From a virus, in the IMG/VR virus record IMGVR_UViG_3300045988_020417, positions 1 through 35,443 of that record: a stretch of 35,443 bases of DNA. One strand, 5' to 3'. A program made the position numbers and the translations under genes. The notes below the pieces were generated by a model, which was not told where the DNA came from, ran no database searches, and saw nothing but the letters and a program-made list of their open reading frames with translations. Below are positions 24,984-33,498 of the stretch, one piece after another (position 1 is the first letter of the stretch; every line of letters begins with the position of its first letter).

Positions 24984-25472
24984 ATGAGTGATATTACTTT
25001 TTTGAACAAAGGACAGTCTGACTGGCAAAACGTTGTGAATCAGAACTTCGATAACTTAAACGGGGATATGATTCCCTTTTCTGACACAGGGTGGCTTGAC
25101 GATGGGCTAAAACTTGGAGCTAACGTTACAAGCGCAAACCTGAAGTACAGGATTGTAACCTTGGGCCATCGGAAAACATTTACTATATATGGATCATTTG
25201 TCATTCAAAATGCTATGCTGGCTGCTAGTTGGGGATCAACGGGTCGCCTATTGCTTGCATTTCCTGATTCTGTATCAAAGGCCCCTCTCCAGTTACAGCG
25301 ATTAATCCCGACTGATAAAGACCTCGGTCGTCAGAACTTTGTATTTCGCGACTTGCTTATGAATAACCAATACGGGATTTATTTTGATAGTTTTTTGTCT
25401 CCAGGAGACGCCGCAAAAAATTATCCAGCAACAACCGAAATCATTGTCTCACACCAGTTCGATGTACAATAA
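24984..25472 (+). CDS. Hypothetical baseplate / receptor-binding component
   Basis: GGGAGAAAAC RBS. Assigned by position only. Confidence 0.45.
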   Translation: MSDITFLNKGQSDWQNVVNQNFDNLNGDMIPFSDTGWLDDGLKLGANVTSANLKYRIVTLGHRKTFTIYGSFVIQNAMLAASWGSTGRLLLAFPDSVSKAPLQLQRLIPTDKDLGRQNFVFRDLLMNNQYGIYFDSFLSPGDAAKNYPATTEIIVSHQFDVQ

Positions 25473-25483
25473 GGAGACGGATA

Positions 25484-26644
25484 ATGTTTAGCAAATCAAG
25501 CAGCCTATCCAGGAGAAGGCCAATTGTTGACAAACTAGGGACCATGGTCTGGACTTACGATGCAAACGTGATTAAGCAACTTGATGCCGCAAAAGCTATC
25601 GGCCTAAAATACATGCGAATGAATGTGTATATCAAAAATAGTGCTCTTGATTCCGGCGTCGGTGACTTCTCAACATATGACTTTGCTATTGAAGCAGCAA
25701 TAAAGCGAGGATTTTCTCTCTTGATCTCCTTTCACGCTGAAACTCCTGTAGCCAACAACACAGAGACAAATTCACAGTTCACTCCGGAAAGACTGAACAC
25801 ATTCAAAGAATTGGTATCAGAATTCGTCTTGAACCATAAGGGCAACAATACTGTTTGGGAAGCCTTCAACGAAGCGAACGGCTCATTTTGGACAACATAT
25901 CCCGAGTCTAAGAGTGACGATGCAATCAAAGCATGGACTAACTTCGATATATGGCTCGGTGCATTTGTTAAAGAAAATGATCAAGGATCATCTTTTGCAA
26001 CTCTATGCTCCGTTGCATATTATGCGCAAGCAAAGGACAGCGTCCAAAAGGCCGATTCATTTGGTCTATTTGACGAAAATGCTGACCTTATAAGCTTCCA
26101 CCCCTATATTCCGTCTTATGCAAACTCTGGTCGTCCAGAAGTGCTAATTAGGGATTCTCCTTTGAGCGACTTATCGCCAAGAGCAAAGTCTTTGCCACTG
26201 ATTGCTACTGAATTTGGATATTCGCGTGATGTTGCTAGCCCTAAGTACAAGTGGCAAGGCCTTTGGTCAATGGCAGATGCAATCAAATATACTGTTAGAG
26301 AATCCCTGATTATGGACTATCTTGGTTGGCCAATAATCATACAATATTCATTGAGTGGCAGCAATTACAGTTTTCTTGGTCCGTATGCTTCGTTAACTCC
26401 GCTTGCATATGCTTATTATGACTTCATCAAAAGGATGAGGGGATTCTCTTTTTACAAAAAAATAAAAGTGATTGATAACCCGTCTGACTTCATGCAAGAC
26501 CTTTATTGCTTTGAATACCACAGCAAATCAAAAGTAATGATTGTATATTGGTCCCCAATTGGAGAAGCTACTCATTCCGTATCGATTAATGGGCAAACAA
26601 TGTCTCTTGATTTTTCTGAGAATCCTAAGTATTTGGAGTTATAG
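25484..26644 (+). CDS. Clan GH-A (GH5-like) TIM-barrel glycoside hydrolase, putative virion depolymerase
   Basis: VWEAFNEANG is an Asn-Glu acid/base motif and LIATEFGYS is a nucleophile Glu motif. Their spacing fits beta-4/beta-7 of clan GH-A enzymes. Confidence 0.55.
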   Translation: MFSKSSSLSRRRPIVDKLGTMVWTYDANVIKQLDAAKAIGLKYMRMNVYIKNSALDSGVGDFSTYDFAIEAAIKRGFSLLISFHAETPVANNTETNSQFTPERLNTFKELVSEFVLNHKGNNTVWEAFNEANGSFWTTYPESKSDDAIKAWTNFDIWLGAFVKENDQGSSFATLCSVAYYAQAKDSVQKADSFGLFDENADLISFHPYIPSYANSGRPEVLIRDSPLSDLSPRAKSLPLIATEFGYSRDVASPKYKWQGLWSMADAIKYTVRESLIMDYLGWPIIIQYSLSGSNYSFLGPYASLTPLAYAYYDFIKRMRGFSFYKKIKVIDNPSDFMQDLYCFEYHSKSKVMIVYWSPIGEATHSVSINGQTMSLDFSENPKYLEL

Positions 26645-26774
26645 TGATAACCGTGGAAGTAAGTGATGACAATGCTTAAAAAAATCAGAGATCACCCGAC
26701 ACACGCAGCACTCGCCATTGGGCTTTTCTAATCATCAGTGACTATGTCGCCAGCAAAAGCTAGCGGCTATTTTT

Positions 26775-27095
26775 ATGGAAGGAAGTGAGAAAGTGACATT
26801 TTTTGGATACACGATTGGTGACTGGACAGAGGTTATATCAATCATCGGGGTGGGCGTGAGTGCTGGCAGCTGGCTGTTCAAAAAGATTGCCTTAGATCCA
26901 TTGCGCTCTGATATTCAATCTCTGTCAGATACAATTAATCGTCAGCTAAAACTGCACGAACAATCGCTGGCAGACTTGGGACAACACTTGAGGACACACG
27001 ATGATGAGCTTGGCAGTCACTCGGTTAGGATTACTCGATTGGAAGACCATGTAGGCATCAAAGGTATCAAAGGAGAAGATAACCATGAAGATTAA
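26775..27095 (+). CDS. Lysis-cassette membrane protein (N-terminal TM + coiled coil)
   Basis: The TM segment is VISIIGVGVSAGSWLF. It overlaps the holin start. Confidence 0.5.
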   Translation: MEGSEKVTFFGYTIGDWTEVISIIGVGVSAGSWLFKKIALDPLRSDIQSLSDTINRQLKLHEQSLADLGQHLRTHDDELGSHSVRITRLEDHVGIKGIKGEDNHED

Positions 27096-27519
27096 TTGGA
27101 AAGTACGATTATTAAGCGTCAAATTCTGGCTGGCTTTGGTGCCAGCTTCTTTGTTGGTGATTCAAACGGTAGCGGCAGTCTTCGGTTACAACTGGGACTT
27201 TGCTAGTTTGGGTAAGGAACTCACTGCAGTGGTCAACGCAGTATTTGCACTGTTGACCATTGTGGGGGTTGCCGTTGACCCAACCACAGAAGGCGTCAGC
27301 GACAGCCAACAGGCGTTAGCTTACCCGGCACTCATTACCACCAAGGCAGCTAAGATCAAGGCCCTAGAGGATCAGATTAAGGCGCTGCAAGCGGATGAAG
27401 AGACCGATCAGGAAGCTTTAGAAGCTGCTAGTTCTGCGGCTCCAGCTGTCGCTCCGGCATCTTCAACAGCACCAGAACCAGCATCTGCAGCACCAGCAGC
27501 TAGTCAGGAGGCAAAATAA
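27085..27519 (+). CDS. Holin (phi LC3 family) with an Ala/Pro/Ser-rich C-terminal tail
   Basis: MKINWKVRLLSVKFWLALV...DPTTEGVSDSQQALAY is the phi-LC3 holin pattern. Confidence 0.8.
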   Translation: MKINWKVRLLSVKFWLALVPASLLVIQTVAAVFGYNWDFASLGKELTAVVNAVFALLTIVGVAVDPTTEGVSDSQQALAYPALITTKAAKIKALEDQIKALQADEETDQEALEAASSAAPAVAPASSTAPEPASAAPAASQEAK

Positions 27520-28640
27520 TGGTCTTACATGGTATTGATGTTGCATCTTATCAGCAGGGCATTGGCATTAGCGGCATGACCGCTGATTTCGTCATTGCAA
27601 AGGCAACCGAAGGGACAACCTATTTGAATCCGGCTTTTGCCGATCAGGTCAAGCAGACGTTGACATCAGGCAAGTTGCTTGGCGTCTATCACTTTGCAAG
27701 CGTTGGTAATGCACGGGATCAGGCCGCTTACTTTTTGAGCCAAGTCGGTGCATATGTTGGAAAGGCTGTCTTAGTGCTTGACTTCGAAGGGCCCGCAGTA
27801 AGTCAGGGCGTTGGCTGGGCGAAGCAGTGGCTGGATTACGTTAAAGCTAAGACCGGTGTGGCACCGATGATTTACATGGGGCTGTCTGACGAAAACCGGC
27901 TAGACTGGTCCAGTGTTGCTAACACCTATGGTTTGTGGGTTGCCCAGTACAATAACTATAATGCCGTTAACGGTTATCAGCCGCGTGATATGTATGGCAG
28001 CACGAAGAGCTGGCCTGATCCGGCGATTTTCCAATATACATCAGTTGGACGCTTGCCTGGTTGGGGTGGCAATCTTGACCTCAATGTCTTCTACGGCGAT
28101 CGCGCAGCATGGGCTGCTTATGCTGGTCAGGGTGCCAGCCCTCTTCCAACACCACCAGCTCCGCAACTGTCTGTTAAAAAGGTAAACGTAAGCTACGGCC
28201 TGCACTTGCTCGGTGGCAGCTGGCTTGATGAGGTTATTAATTTTGGCTCTGGTGACAACGGGTTTGCTGGATTGCCTAATCACCAACACGATCTGCTGTA
28301 CATTCGCGTTGATCATGGTAGCGTTAAGTATCGTGTTCACACAGTCAAGAGTGGTTGGCTGCCTTGGGTAACCAAAGGTGATCGCACTGATACGGTGAAC
28401 GGCTGCGCCGGTATTGCTGGTGAAGCGATTGATGGAGTCCAGATCATCTTTCTTACTCCTGATGGTGAGCCGTACCAGCAAGCGTATTACCGCAGTCAGA
28501 CGACACAACGGGCTGGCTGGCTTGGCGTTGTATGTGATGATGGCACGAGTTTGCCACAGTACACAGACACGTATGCTGGTGCGTTTGGTGAACCACTCGA
28601 CCGATTACAGATTGGAGTAGCAAATGGCAATCCGTATTGA
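27519..28640 (+). CDS. Endolysin: GH25 muramidase + three ChW-like cell-wall-binding repeats
   Basis: The N-terminus HGIDVASYQQGI...VIAKATEGTTY is GH25. The C-terminus has repeats with GWLPWV / AGWLGVV and ...IDGVQI / LDRLQI. Confidence 0.85.
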   Translation: MVLHGIDVASYQQGIGISGMTADFVIAKATEGTTYLNPAFADQVKQTLTSGKLLGVYHFASVGNARDQAAYFLSQVGAYVGKAVLVLDFEGPAVSQGVGWAKQWLDYVKAKTGVAPMIYMGLSDENRLDWSSVANTYGLWVAQYNNYNAVNGYQPRDMYGSTKSWPDPAIFQYTSVGRLPGWGGNLDLNVFYGDRAAWAAYAGQGASPLPTPPAPQLSVKKVNVSYGLHLLGGSWLDEVINFGSGDNGFAGLPNHQHDLLYIRVDHGSVKYRVHTVKSGWLPWVTKGDRTDTVNGCAGIAGEAIDGVQIIFLTPDGEPYQQAYYRSQTTQRAGWLGVVCDDGTSLPQYTDTYAGAFGEPLDRLQIGVANGNPY

Positions 28641-28791
28641 CACGTCGTCTCTTGAACAGTTAAAGAATGATGCTGATATTAATCAATCCCAGCATATTTC
28701 ACTTGATCCAGAAACGGTTACGGCTGGGATGCAGTCTCTGCTAAGCAACCCTGAAATTTACAAGGCAGTCAAAATGCTTTCAAAGGTCTAA
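28624..28791 (+). CDS. Small hypothetical protein (55 aa), below the ORF-track cutoff
   Basis: GGAG is 6 nt upstream of ATG 28624. It overlaps the endolysin 3' end by 17 nt and ends before the terminator. Confidence 0.4.
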   Translation: MAIRIDTSSLEQLKNDADINQSQHISLDPETVTAGMQSLLSNPEIYKAVKMLSKV

Positions 28792-28830
28792 TCTACCCTG
28801 GCGAAAGCCTGTATATCAGGTAACAAAAAT

Positions 28831-28872
28831 AGCCCTCTGCTCGCTAACGCGGGTGGAGGGCTTTTTTGTTTT
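28831..28872 (+). terminator. Intrinsic terminator ending the late operon
   Basis: AGCCCTC(28831-28837)/GAGGGCT(28856-28862), followed by TTTTTTGTTTT. Confidence 0.8.
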
Positions 28873-28926
28873 GCACAAAAAATGAGCGTATTTCTAAATT
28901 AATTTTGGCTAAAGCTAATTTTACTA

Positions 28927-28954
28927 TTGACTTCCGCAAGACTAGATGTATTAT
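28927..28954 (+). promoter_or_regulatory. Sigma-70-type early promoter
   Basis: TTGACT(28927-28932), a 16-nt spacer, then TATTAT(28949-28954) preceded by TG. An AAAGGAGAAAA RBS and ATG 28983 follow. Confidence 0.7.
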
Positions 28955-28982
28955 ATAAATATAAAGACGAAAGGAGAAAATA

Positions 28983-29240
28983 ATGATGAACGAAAAACCT
29001 GAGAAATTAACGCTTCGTCAATGGCGCGGGATTCGAGACATGCGAGTCAATGAACTGGCGGCTAAATCAGGCCTAACGGAAGCAACGATTAATAATTACG
29101 AGCATGACATTAATCGTCTTCGCGGAGCCAGTTATAAGAACCTTGAGGCTATTGCAAAAGCTTTAAGTATTTCGGTTTGGGATATTTTCTTGTCACCAAC
29201 TTCTGAAAAACAGAAGTATCCAATAGAGGAGAAGGCATAG
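28983..29240 (+). CDS. Cro-like XRE-family HTH regulator
   Basis: HTH LRQWRGIRDMRVNELAAKSGLTEATINNYE. It is the first gene after the early promoter. Confidence 0.7.
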   Translation: MMNEKPEKLTLRQWRGIRDMRVNELAAKSGLTEATINNYEHDINRLRGASYKNLEAIAKALSISVWDIFLSPTSEKQKYPIEEKA

Positions 29241-29242
29241 AA

Positions 29243-29371
29243 ATGTTAGAAGCAATCATGTCAGTGTTGCTCGATCCAACATCATCGTTTTGGAAGTATC
29301 TGCTTGTAGCTATGGCTGGCGTCATGATCGGTGCCACGGCGGTGGGCGGATGGAAGCAATGGATTGAATAG
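29243..29371 (+). CDS. Small membrane protein (42 aa), below the ORF-track cutoff
   Basis: A purine-rich RBS (GAGGAGAAGG) lies upstream. One TM segment: YLLVAMAGVMIGATAVGGW. Confidence 0.45.
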   Translation: MLEAIMSVLLDPTSSFWKYLLVAMAGVMIGATAVGGWKQWIE

Positions 29372-29382
29372 GAGGACAGCAC

Positions 29383-29610
29383 ATGCGAGATACAAAAGAG
29401 TATTGGCAAGACATTCACGATCAAGTCGAGAACGTGATTTACAAAGGCCACGCCGATCTTGGCTGGCTATGGTTGTTTGAACTCAGTCAACGGATGCTCA
29501 ACAAATGCGCACAAAAAAATCCCATGGCGGAAACCACGGGAAATGAAAAACAAAGCAAATTAATTTATAACCCAAGTTTATCACGGAAGGCGGTCGATGA
29601 CCATGATTGA
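29383..29610 (+). CDS. Hypothetical early protein (75 aa)
   Basis: AGGAGGACAGCAC RBS plus ATG. Confidence 0.55.
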   Translation: MRDTKEYWQDIHDQVENVIYKGHADLGWLWLFELSQRMLNKCAQKNPMAETTGNEKQSKLIYNPSLSRKAVDDHD

Positions 29611-29806
29611 ACCAGATTGGAACACGGCGGCATTGAACGAGTATCAAAATCGCCAGGCACGACAAGAGGAAGATCCACCTCTGGATTGGCAAGGCCATCC
29701 GCTGGTTGATGGCAATACCTACCTTGAATATCACGACGAACTCGTCAACGAATATGACGTCATTGACTTCTTAATGAGCCTTGGCGCGACTGAATATGAC
29801 TACTAG
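29597..29806 (+). CDS. Hypothetical acidic early protein (69 aa)
   Basis: An ORF overlapping its upstream neighbour. Acidic composition. Confidence 0.5.
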   Translation: MTMIEPDWNTAALNEYQNRQARQEEDPPLDWQGHPLVDGNTYLEYHDELVNEYDVIDFLMSLGATEYDY

Positions 29807-29816
29807 GAGGAACAGA

Positions 29817-30020
29817 ATGGCTAATGAAATTGTAGCAAGTGTCAACAACCGCATCACTGAGATGCAGAAGAATGAAGCAGAACGTACCATTGGTGATTTG
29901 ATGAACGAACACAATAAATTGATGTTAGACATCATGCGCGGCAACCACACACCAATTGCAAAGATGCTGCTTGCCGAGAACGAGAAGTTACGTGCACGAC
30001 TAGCAAAAATAAGGGGATGA
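29817..30020 (+). CDS. Hypothetical early protein (67 aa from ATG 29817)
   Basis: AGGAGG RBS 6 nt upstream of ATG 29817 (MANEIVASV...). Confidence 0.55.
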   Translation: MANEIVASVNNRITEMQKNEAERTIGDLMNEHNKLMLDIMRGNHTPIAKMLLAENEKLRARLAKIRG

Positions 30021-30021
30021 C

Positions 30022-30228
30022 GTGATGACTAATGAAGTATACGAGCACATTTTAGCTGAAGTAAACCGTCAGATCGCGGTATATCACAAGGTTGCCACTG
30101 ACTATGGGCCTAACAACACAGACCCTCATCAAACGTACGCCATGGGCCAAGAAGATGGCGCACACGCGATCCTATTTATTATCAAGCAAGCCATGAAAAA
30201 AGCCGCTTTCCCGCAGACCAACGACTGA
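30022..30228 (+). CDS. Hypothetical early protein (68 aa)
   Basis: GGGGATGAC followed by a GTG/ATG start. Confidence 0.5.
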   Translation: MMTNEVYEHILAEVNRQIAVYHKVATDYGPNNTDPHQTYAMGQEDGAHAILFIIKQAMKKAAFPQTND

Positions 30229-30245
30229 AAGGAGAAAGAATTATT

Positions 30246-30737
30246 ATGTCAACATTATACGACTTAACTGGTAATCGTGCAACCCTGCTTAACCAGGCAG
30301 AAGACGGCACGATTGACCCAGATGTACTGCAGGACACTTTGGATAGTATCGATGGAGCCATTGAAGACAAAGCCGAAGGATACGTTCAGGTAATTAAGCA
30401 GATCGAAGCTGATGCAAATGCAATTGATTTAGAAATTAAACGACTTTCTGATCGTAAGGCGGTCTTTCTGCACAATCGTGACCGTATAAAGCAATCATTA
30501 AAAGACAATCTTGAATACGCAGGCATTCGGAAAGTAAAAACGCCACTATTTACCGTAAGAATTTCTAAGAATGGCGGAAAACAGCCGATTTCAATCGATC
30601 AAGACAATTTGCAGGCTGATGTTTTCAAAATCAAGCGCGAGCCAGATATGGACAAGATTCGTGAACGATTGGAAGCCGGAGAAAAAGTGCTAGGTGCTGA
30701 GCTTAAGCCACGCGGTGAACACTTATTAATCAAGTAG
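30246..30737 (+). CDS. Siphovirus Gp157-family protein
   Basis: MSTLYDLTGNRATLLNQAED...LQDTLDSIDGAIEDKAEGY...IKRLSDRK matches the Gp157 pattern. It lies upstream of ERF. Confidence 0.7.
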   Translation: MSTLYDLTGNRATLLNQAEDGTIDPDVLQDTLDSIDGAIEDKAEGYVQVIKQIEADANAIDLEIKRLSDRKAVFLHNRDRIKQSLKDNLEYAGIRKVKTPLFTVRISKNGGKQPISIDQDNLQADVFKIKREPDMDKIRERLEAGEKVLGAELKPRGEHLLIK

Positions 30738-30748
30738 GAGGAAAAATC

Positions 30749-31462
30749 ATGCGAACATCAGAGAATATAAACGAAATTGCTAAGGCAATCAACTCATTTA
30801 GGCAAGCTGTCAAGCAACCGACAAAAGATGGTGACAACCCGTTTCTAAAGTCTCGTTACGTTCAACTCGAGGGTGTCGTTGGTGCGATTGACCACGCGCT
30901 TCCTGATACGGGACTGGCATACACGCAAGACGTAGTCAGCGAAGGGAACCAAGTGAGCGTAACGACCTTGATTTTACACTCCAGCGGCCAATTCATCGAA
31001 CTTGGACCCCTGTCAGTCCCAGTTGCCAAAAATGACGCTCAGGCTTTCGGTTCCGCTGAGACTTACGCACGTCGATACTCGCTAACAGCGGCCTTTGGTA
31101 TCACATCTGACCCTGATGATGACGGTACAGCTGCCGGTATAAACCCTCCAAAGGCACAACCAAGACGCGTAAATAAGCCAAATAGTGGCCTCGATCACGC
31201 AACAGTCAAGGAAGTCAAGACACTAATTATGCAACAATTCAACAAAATGCCAGCAGTCAACAAAAACGGTGACCCGAAGCCGAAGACAGTGAACGAGCTT
31301 GCTGAAATCTGGCTCGGCCTCGCTAACGCAAAATTCGGAAGCAAAGCGACCAGCATTGAGACGCTGACACCGGCAGCCGCGGCAGGTATTGAGGGCTTGT
31401 TAAAGAATGAAATTAAGAAACTAGCGGGTGTCGCAAATGAAAATAAACGGCAGACTCGATAA
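30749..31462 (+). CDS. erf: ERF-family single-strand annealing recombinase
   Basis: NPFLKSRYVQLEGVV...AQAFGSAETYARRYSL is the ERF signature. Confidence 0.8.
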   Translation: MRTSENINEIAKAINSFRQAVKQPTKDGDNPFLKSRYVQLEGVVGAIDHALPDTGLAYTQDVVSEGNQVSVTTLILHSSGQFIELGPLSVPVAKNDAQAFGSAETYARRYSLTAAFGITSDPDDDGTAAGINPPKAQPRRVNKPNSGLDHATVKEVKTLIMQQFNKMPAVNKNGDPKPKTVNELAEIWLGLANAKFGSKATSIETLTPAAAAGIEGLLKNEIKKLAGVANENKRQTR

Positions 31463-32099
31463 GCTGTCCGGAGATAAAATTACCATCACCGCAGACAGCT
31501 CTGTGAGCTTGTATAAGCTGTCTAAGCTTGCCGCGGGTAAATCACCATCGGTTGAGTTAGAAGTCGAGGACGGGCGCCATATAAGCCCGGATCAACGCAA
31601 AAAGATATTTGCACTGATGCGCGACATCTCCGACTGGAACGGTGACACGGTGGACATGATCGAATGCCTCATGAAGTCATATACGCGTGAGATTTTTGCA
31701 ATTGAACCATATTCACTGAGTGACTGTTCGATGACAACTGCCAGCAACATGATCTACACGATCTTAGAGTTTTGCTTCCGCAACGATGTGCCATTCAAGA
31801 CGAAGACGTGGGACATGATACCCAACGACTATGCACGCCAATGGTTCTGCCTCCGTTTCCGAAAGTGTGTTATCTGTGGAAAGCCCGCTGACTTGGCACA
31901 CTTCGAGGCTGTCGGTATGGGGCGCAACAGAAATAAGATAGACGAAACAAAGTTCAGGTACATGAGCCTGTGCCGCATTCACCACGTGGAGCAACATACA
32001 ATCGGAATTGAGACATTTATTCAGAAATACCACATCAGGCCAGTAAAATTGACGGCTGACGACCTTAAACGTATTCAGCCGCGTTACAACACAAAGTAA
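31428..32099 (+). CDS. HNH-motif nuclease-like protein (alternative start ATG 31437)
   Basis: C-terminal CVICGKPADLAHFEAVGMGRNRNKID...LCRIHHVEQH. Confidence 0.45.
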   Translation: MSQMKINGRLDKLSGDKITITADSSVSLYKLSKLAAGKSPSVELEVEDGRHISPDQRKKIFALMRDISDWNGDTVDMIECLMKSYTREIFAIEPYSLSDCSMTTASNMIYTILEFCFRNDVPFKTKTWDMIPNDYARQWFCLRFRKCVICGKPADLAHFEAVGMGRNRNKIDETKFRYMSLCRIHHVEQHTIGIETFIQKYHIRPVKLTADDLKRIQPRYNTK

Positions 32100-32112
32100 A
32101 GGAGTGTTAAGC

Positions 32113-32649
32113 ATGGATAAAGAAGTCTGGAAGGACGTTAAAGGCTACGAAGGATTATATCAGGTTAGTAACCTCGGCAGGGTGAGGAGCCTTGACCGAG
32201 TTAGCACGCAAGGGGAGCGCCTAAAAGGTAAGGTGCTCACCGGTGGCTTAAACCGTGACGGATATCTCGCGGTTGTCTTGTGTCGAAGTGGTGGTCAAAA
32301 GAATTATTTCATTCACCGCCTTGTTGCTCAAGCGTTCTTAGAGAACCCCGACAACTTGCCTGAAGTAAACCACAAAAATGAAGATAAGACAGACAATACA
32401 GTTGCCAATCTTGAGTGGTGTTCACATCGCTACAATATGAACTATGGCACTCACAACGAACGTGCGGCAAAAGGGCACGAAAAGCCCGTCTATGTCATAA
32501 CTGCTTCGGGACACCGCTACTATTTTAGCAGTATCAAGAAAGCGGCGGCGCTTCTCGGACTATACCATAGTGCCGTGTCTGACTGCCTAAATGGCAGGCA
32601 TAAACATCACCATGGTTTCTCTTTTGAGTGGGCGGAACAACACGCCTAA
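32113..32649 (+). CDS. Free-standing HNH homing endonuclease (NUMOD4 + HNH_3 type)
   Basis: AAGGAG RBS. EVWKDVKGYEGLYQVSNLGRVRS is NUMOD4. IHRLVAQAFLENPDNLPEVNHKNEDKTDNTVANLEW is the HNH core. Confidence 0.85.
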   Translation: MDKEVWKDVKGYEGLYQVSNLGRVRSLDRVSTQGERLKGKVLTGGLNRDGYLAVVLCRSGGQKNYFIHRLVAQAFLENPDNLPEVNHKNEDKTDNTVANLEWCSHRYNMNYGTHNERAAKGHEKPVYVITASGHRYYFSSIKKAAALLGLYHSAVSDCLNGRHKHHHGFSFEWAEQHA

Positions 32650-32723
32650 TGCGATAAGCTCGGTACTACGAAGATAAGCGGCTTTATCCGCGTACAAAAT
32701 ACAAAACAAGAGGAGATAATGAT

Positions 32724-33152
32724 ATGCTTAATTCGGTTTCATTGACAGGACGACTTACCAAAGATGTTGATTTGCGTTTCACAAAAAGCGGGACGGCAGT
32801 CGGATCATTTACAATTGCTGTTGATCGCCAATTTCGCAGCGCAAATGGGGAACGAGAAACTGACTTTATCAATTGTGCCATCTGGCGTAAGTCAGCTGAG
32901 AACCTAGCTAAATTCACGCACAAGGGTTCACTTGTTGGTGTCGAAGGCCATATCCAGACGCGCACATATGACAACGCACAAGGCAACAAAGTGTACGTGA
33001 CCGAAGTGATTGTTGAGAACTTTGCTTTGCTTGAGCCGCGACAGACGCATCAGGAGTCTCATGAACGATCCGCAAACAATCCGGCTGGTCAAGGCAACGG
33101 ATTTGCCAACAACGGTCAACCAATAGACGTAAGTGACGATCTTCCATTCTGA
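32724..33152 (+). CDS. ssb: Single-stranded DNA-binding protein
   Basis: OB-fold N-terminus MLNSVSLTGRLTKDVDLRFT...FINCAIWRK...VGVEGHIQTR, and an acidic tail ending DDLPF. Confidence 0.95.
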   Translation: MLNSVSLTGRLTKDVDLRFTKSGTAVGSFTIAVDRQFRSANGERETDFINCAIWRKSAENLAKFTHKGSLVGVEGHIQTRTYDNAQGNKVYVTEVIVENFALLEPRQTHQESHERSANNPAGQGNGFANNGQPIDVSDDLPF

Positions 33153-33173
33153 CTAAAGAAAAATAATTCAAAA

Positions 33174-33200
33174 AAAGTGCCAGAAATGGCACTTTTCTAT
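33174..33200 (+). terminator. Intrinsic terminator after ssb
   Basis: AAAGTGCCA(33174-33182), GAAA loop, TGGCACTTT(33187-33195), followed by TCTATT. Confidence 0.7.
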
Positions 33201-33228
33201 TGCAATTAGTTTTCTCAGGATATATACT
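33200..33228 (+). promoter_or_regulatory. Sigma-70-type promoter for the replication genes
   Basis: TTGCAA(33200-33205), a 17-nt spacer, then TATACT(33223-33228). Confidence 0.55.
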
Positions 33229-33252
33229 GTAATCATTAAAGGAGGTAAGGAA

Positions 33253-33468
33253 ATGGCAAACATTATTGCAAGCAACATGTCACGAGATGATCTCGAAAAG
33301 GCAGTTTCAAAAGTTCTGTCTTCTCATTCATTGGCTGATGTTTCCCGTAGAACTGCTATGTCATACGCAAACCTGTGGAAACTACGTAAGTATTCCGAAA
33401 ACAGGGAGAAAGCATTTGACCGCACATTGATTTCAATCATCAACGCATTTCCTGAGGACATCAAATAG
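33253..33468 (+). CDS. Hypothetical small protein, possibly DNA-binding (71 aa)
   Basis: AAAGGAGGTAAGGAA RBS. Confidence 0.55.
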   Translation: MANIIASNMSRDDLEKAVSKVLSSHSLADVSRRTAMSYANLWKLRKYSENREKAFDRTLISIINAFPEDIK

Positions 33469-33498
33469 CCTCTGTGAAAATTACAGGAGGTGACATAG

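Noticed and set aside
26646-26774. A possible 21-aa ORF (ATG 26666) and a weak hairpin (cgccagc-aaaa-gctagcg, followed by a T-tract) between the hydrolase gene and the lysis cassette.
   Set aside because: The ORF has no RBS. The stem has a central mismatch and only 3+3 bp, which is not enough to call a terminator or a gene.
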